From Bugula neritina (taxonomy: Eukaryota; Animalia; Bryozoa): DNA of 64,000 nt. Within the stretch, counting starts at the first letter, position 1. Each line of letters opens with the position of its first letter. The notes below the pieces were generated by a model. It did no database searches. It saw only the letters and a program-made list of their open reading frames with translations, and had not been told where the DNA came from. Position numbers and translations under genes: made by a program. The stretch spans positions 12,534,698 through 12,598,697 of the forward strand of contig OZ037765.1 of the NCBI GenBank assembly GCA_964035545.1. Direction: 5' to 3'. Below, piece by piece: positions 59,401 through 64,000 of the stretch.

Positions 59401-62400
59401 AAATTTTATTTTTTAATAATCTCATGATGTTGAATAAAACTTGTGGGTAATCTTTGACATAATTTCAAAGACAATTCATTATAAATAACTATTAATCCAT
59501 TTGATACTCAGGTGGTTTCAACACAAGATTTGCTAAGAACTTCATTATAAGACATAATGGTGAGCGAGAAGGTTTGTTTCAGCTCTGGTACTAAGGCTAA
59601 TAATTGACAGGTCAACCCACCACATGGATGTCACCAACTCTCTGCGCCAACTCTTGACTCATCCTTGTCCTTTCCTCTACAGTCTTTGGTATTGTGTAGA
59701 TATTACAGCGGAACCTACATAATGGGAGTTAGCAACATCTGTACCATAATATAGATACACACCAATCATAATACTTTATGATGATACAGTAATAAGAAAT
59801 AAAAACTATAGCAGTTGCCAAAACATACCCTTCACAAATTTTAGACACTTTCTGCTTGAGTTTATCTCCTTGGAAGAAAACACAGAACACTGATTTCCTA
59901 ATAGGATCACCCTGCATGAAATAAATGAAAATATAAGAGTTTTTTGGAGTTATCTCCCATGGTAATACATAGTAATAAATGTTGGAAACATGCCAATCAA
60001 GTACTCGAAATACTCACTTCACCAGTAATGCCTATAATATGCAGTACAAGGAAAATGTGCAAATAATTAATCCTATATCATGGCTCTCCGATTACACTCT
60101 GCTCTTACATATTTATTACTACTCTTCCTACTACAAACTAACTCTGCTATCTCCACAGATTAACATTAGTCTCAGATTGGTTTTAAAGGTATATAAACAG
60201 GTATATGACAAGCTATGGTTTGACTCCATAATTCAATGCATGCCTTGGAAACTTTGTATTACCATTTCTTTGTAGAGAAATACTATTATTATGCTTACTG
60301 TGGTTGGCTCCTCAAATGTCTCGGCGATTTCTGTGTAACGCAGATAAACGTTTCCACGGCAGGCAAACCAAAGCATTCTAGGAGACAAAAATTAATTTAC
60401 CAAAAATCATCATTTGCTACTATTCTTGAAACATACAATCATTACAGATGCTAATAAGCAAAGTGACTAGAAGAAGAACAACTCAGGTGTGTTATTGGTA
60501 AGAGAGAATCATTTGATATGCAAAAAGCTCATAATACAAGAAAAGATGCTGTAATTTCAGCCTTTAAACATTACTAAAAGGGTCTAATGAAATGAATACG
60601 TCCAACAAAAGTTATTTTACTATGTTGGATGGTTTATGTGCTATGCCCTCAGCTACCCAGTAGATATAATAGTAAAGTACAGTTAATATCTCAATTGTAA
60701 CTAGCCTGAAAAGCTCCACTTTACTGCATTATAAAAATGTTTTATAATGAGCTAAATTTTTATTAAATAAAATGAATAATTATCTCGAAGTTTTGATAAA
60801 TATTAAGAAAATGTTAGGAACCTTGATAAGTTAGGACTAAATTGGCTGAAGACAGAAAATATTACATTCAGTTTCAGTTTAAGTTTCTAAGATGGAAAAA
60901 TCTATTCAACTACAGGCATCTGTCAGCTCGTGTGAACAGCGCTAGCATTTGGTTCCTTCAGAGTGCACAAATTAAACATAACCTAGAGGTGATCTAGTAT
61001 ACCATACAGCACAACCTGAAACTCATCAGCTAAACATAGCACAATATAGCATCATGTGTGCTGGAGTTACAAATATATTAGTTATATGTATACTATCGCA
61101 AGTAATGCTATTATTGTAGATCGTACAGGCACATAACACTGATGTGATCACATATTAATCATAAACTATTATTATTGAAAAATCTTGAGAAATTTCCATA
61201 TTGTCCATTTAGGGCTTATCTTACATATCTGCCAAGTGATTAAATAAATATTTAGATTATCAGGAAAATATCTTGAATTAATTTCGACACAAAGTATAGA
61301 CAGATCTGTCAGTTGAACCAATTAGAACTTTACTTGTGTCTGGGGCATTGCAAGATACAATTCACTGCAATAATATATATATATAATATATAATAAAATA
61401 TATATAATATATAATCTGACCATTATTAGGTTAGATATTATATCAATCATCAGATTAGCTGATAAACAAATATATTCGATGGTCTGGATGCAAATTATAT
61501 AGAAGAAGAGACTTAAGTGTAAAAATTAAGAACAGAAGAATAGAACAGAAGAATACAAACAACACAATTCATTCCCGCTGCAATGATTCTAACTATCTAG
61601 AGTTTCAACACAAGAGTAGTACAACAGCAACATACTTCACTACAAATGTTTACCTTCCAGTTACAGTTTACTAACTGCAAATATACAAAATACAACTTGA
61701 TGAAAATAAAATAGAAATTGTAAAGACTTTGATTTTGTTAGACATTTAAAACTATTTTTGAATAGGAAGATTTATTGAACATTCAAAGGACTTGCCACAG
61801 AGAGTCACACATGAGACACTTACTACTATATGCCAAAAGACAGCAGGTTTCATAACATAAAAAGCATGTCTGTTACAGGGAGTTGGAATTGAAACTGACA
61901 TGAGAGAACTAAGCAGGTTTCTGCAACATAAATAGATGGCGAAAGGCAGAGACTACGTACCGCTCAAACCCATTGAGCTTCTCCGTAGGTAATGTTCCAG
62001 TAAGGAAATTCAACTTCATTGAGCCATCTGCACCAAAAGAAGTGGCTGGAACTGTTTCAGACTTCTCTCCCATTTCAATATCACCTGCAGTAGGTTCTCG
62101 CTTAGCTATACTGGAACCAGCTACTGACGCCCCGTGAAAAGTTGTCTGAGGGAATAAAATGCATTTATATTACAAACAGGTTCAAAACAAACCAGTAACC
62201 AGTGCATGTTTGAGAATGTTTTCAACACATTTTGCTTTAGTTAATAGAAATTAGCCAACTATTATTATTAATGCTATGGGTTGAAAGATTAGAACTTGTG
62301 GGGCAATAATAAATCTATTACTGATATTGGGTGGCAATCAGGCAGAAAATATTCAGGGTGTAGGAAACAGACTGCATAAATTATTCAAGCAGTAAATTAA

Positions 62401-63717
62401 TGATCACATTTCAATTTGACAGCCAGAATACTGTTGCCACAGTTACAAAGGAAATCACATGATATCATGTGATTTCCTGTCTACAGCTGATCATTCTATC
62501 TCAACACTCAACTATTTGCTCACATTTAAATATACAAACACACAGCTTATATAAACAGTTGAAGTGCTCTGCGCATAGCATACATCACACACAGAAAACA
62601 GTTTAAAAGCAAAGGTTATTGCTAGAAATAATATCTCAACATAGAAATTGCGGTTCAAAGCAAGAGAAAAGTTAGTGCACCAGTCAGCTTGCTGGCAGCA
62701 TAGTTAATTGTTAGACAGTAGGTTATTCAGTGCAGGCCTGAAGAGAAATCTGTGAAGAGGCTGCCAATAATCAGCAGCAACTCCTGGCAAAACTATGCTT
62801 ACCTCAGCAATATTTTCAAGCTCCGATAGTTCGGATATCTGAATATATACAAGCTCATATAACATTTTATGTCAACTGATAGAAGGACATTCAACTTTAG
62901 TAGTGACTTTCAGCAGTTTTATATATTAATAATTTGATATCCAAAATTAAATTATACCTCTTCCAGGAAGTGCTCTGAAGCCTTGAGTACCACCTGCAAC
63001 TCCATGAGCTCCAAATAATTAGATTTCAGCTGGTTTCTATTTGCATTCACATCTTTTAAATCACCTTCAAGCTTGCCCAACTCATCCTATGAACAGTGAA
63101 TTGATACATAAAAAAGCTTTTTCTTTCAGTTCACTTTGCAAAGTAACTTTTCACAAAAAACGAACTCTAGAGCACAATTTAAATACATTGTCATACAAAT
63201 GAATTTATAGACACAGTACCCCCCCCCCCCCATTTCACTCTGTCAAGCATTTATCATTCAAATAAATATTCCGGTGCATTTAAAGAAATTAAAAAATAAA
63301 GCAAAACTCATACAGACTATGAACATAGTGCAACCCTGAAACGAAAACCAAATCTCCATAGTGAATATATGTATTACTTAGAAAACAAGGCTAATGTGGT
63401 GTTTAAGATATATTGCATTATATATCATACTTATACAATAGTGTATATACAATCATGATTGTTTTTCACTCAGTTAATCAAATATCAAAAGTAGTTTTCC
63501 AAAAAAGCTTTCTCAATAAATCGATAGCTTAACAACTAACTTGAATATTTCTAATTTCCTTTGGCAATGGAGCAGCTGGAATTTGTTCCAAATCGGCTGG
63601 TTTTATCTTTTCTTTTTTAATCTCTCCTTCCAAAAATCTCAGTATTCTTTCCATTTCTTCACATTGTCTCACTTCATTAACAAACTTCCTCTGGAACGCA
63701 CTCAAGTCAGGATTTAG
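53456..63717 (-). CDS. V-type proton ATPase 116-kDa subunit a (ATP6V0A family); first coding exon lies beyond the window
   Basis: [149 protein letters not shown] (essential Arg) and [18 protein letters not shown]. Confidence 0.96.
62449..62478. promoter_or_regulatory. Perfect 30-bp palindrome containing two M-boxes (TCACATGA/TCATGTGA) in a V-ATPase intron
   Basis: AGGAAATCACATGATATCATGTGATTTCCT is its own reverse complement. Confidence 0.5.
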
Positions 63718-64000
63718 CTAAAGTTCAAATATTGAAAGATATTTTAATTGTGGATCAGTCAACTCATGCCTACCATGCAGTGTTTTGCTCAAAGGGCAGA
63801 CTTTCTACAACCTGTATTTACCATTAATAACAAATTTTCCGTTAAATTGTGCAGCTTTAAAATTTCCAACTATGAGGGTTTCACATTATCATTTAGTTGC
63901 TGAGAGTTGGAAGAAGCTCCTGAGATTCAACAAAAAATGTTATCAATGCTATAATCCATTATGAAAACACTAAGGTTATCTACCATTTGGGCAAATCTGC

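Overview
AT-rich, intron-rich eukaryotic DNA from an invertebrate animal; a marine lophotrochozoan such as a bryozoan is only a guess. Exon models were built by hand from splice sites and reading-frame phase. From left to right: (1) a probable 3' end of an unknown + strand gene; (2) orphan exon-like ORFs on the - strand; (3) a tandem pair of paralogous 17-exon genes (about 724 and 717 aa) encoding an uncharacterised secreted protein with a signal peptide, a coiled-coil, a core containing RTRHNDY and a His/Cys-rich putative metal-binding tail, with exon-limited gene-conversion tracts between the copies; (4) a Gal-3-O-sulfotransferase; (5) DHX8/PRP22 (-); (6) NIF3L1 (+); (7) COPS1/GPS1 (+); (8) a 5'-truncated V-ATPase a subunit (-) with an expanded, sequon- and His-rich luminal loop, candidate microexons and an intronic double M-box palindrome. 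Non-coding DNA holds two Harbinger-type MITEs, a Kolobok-like TTAA element, another TIR element, a tRNA-derived SINE with a 16-bp target-site duplication, a tRNA-like pseudogene, two GC-AG introns and many microsatellites.
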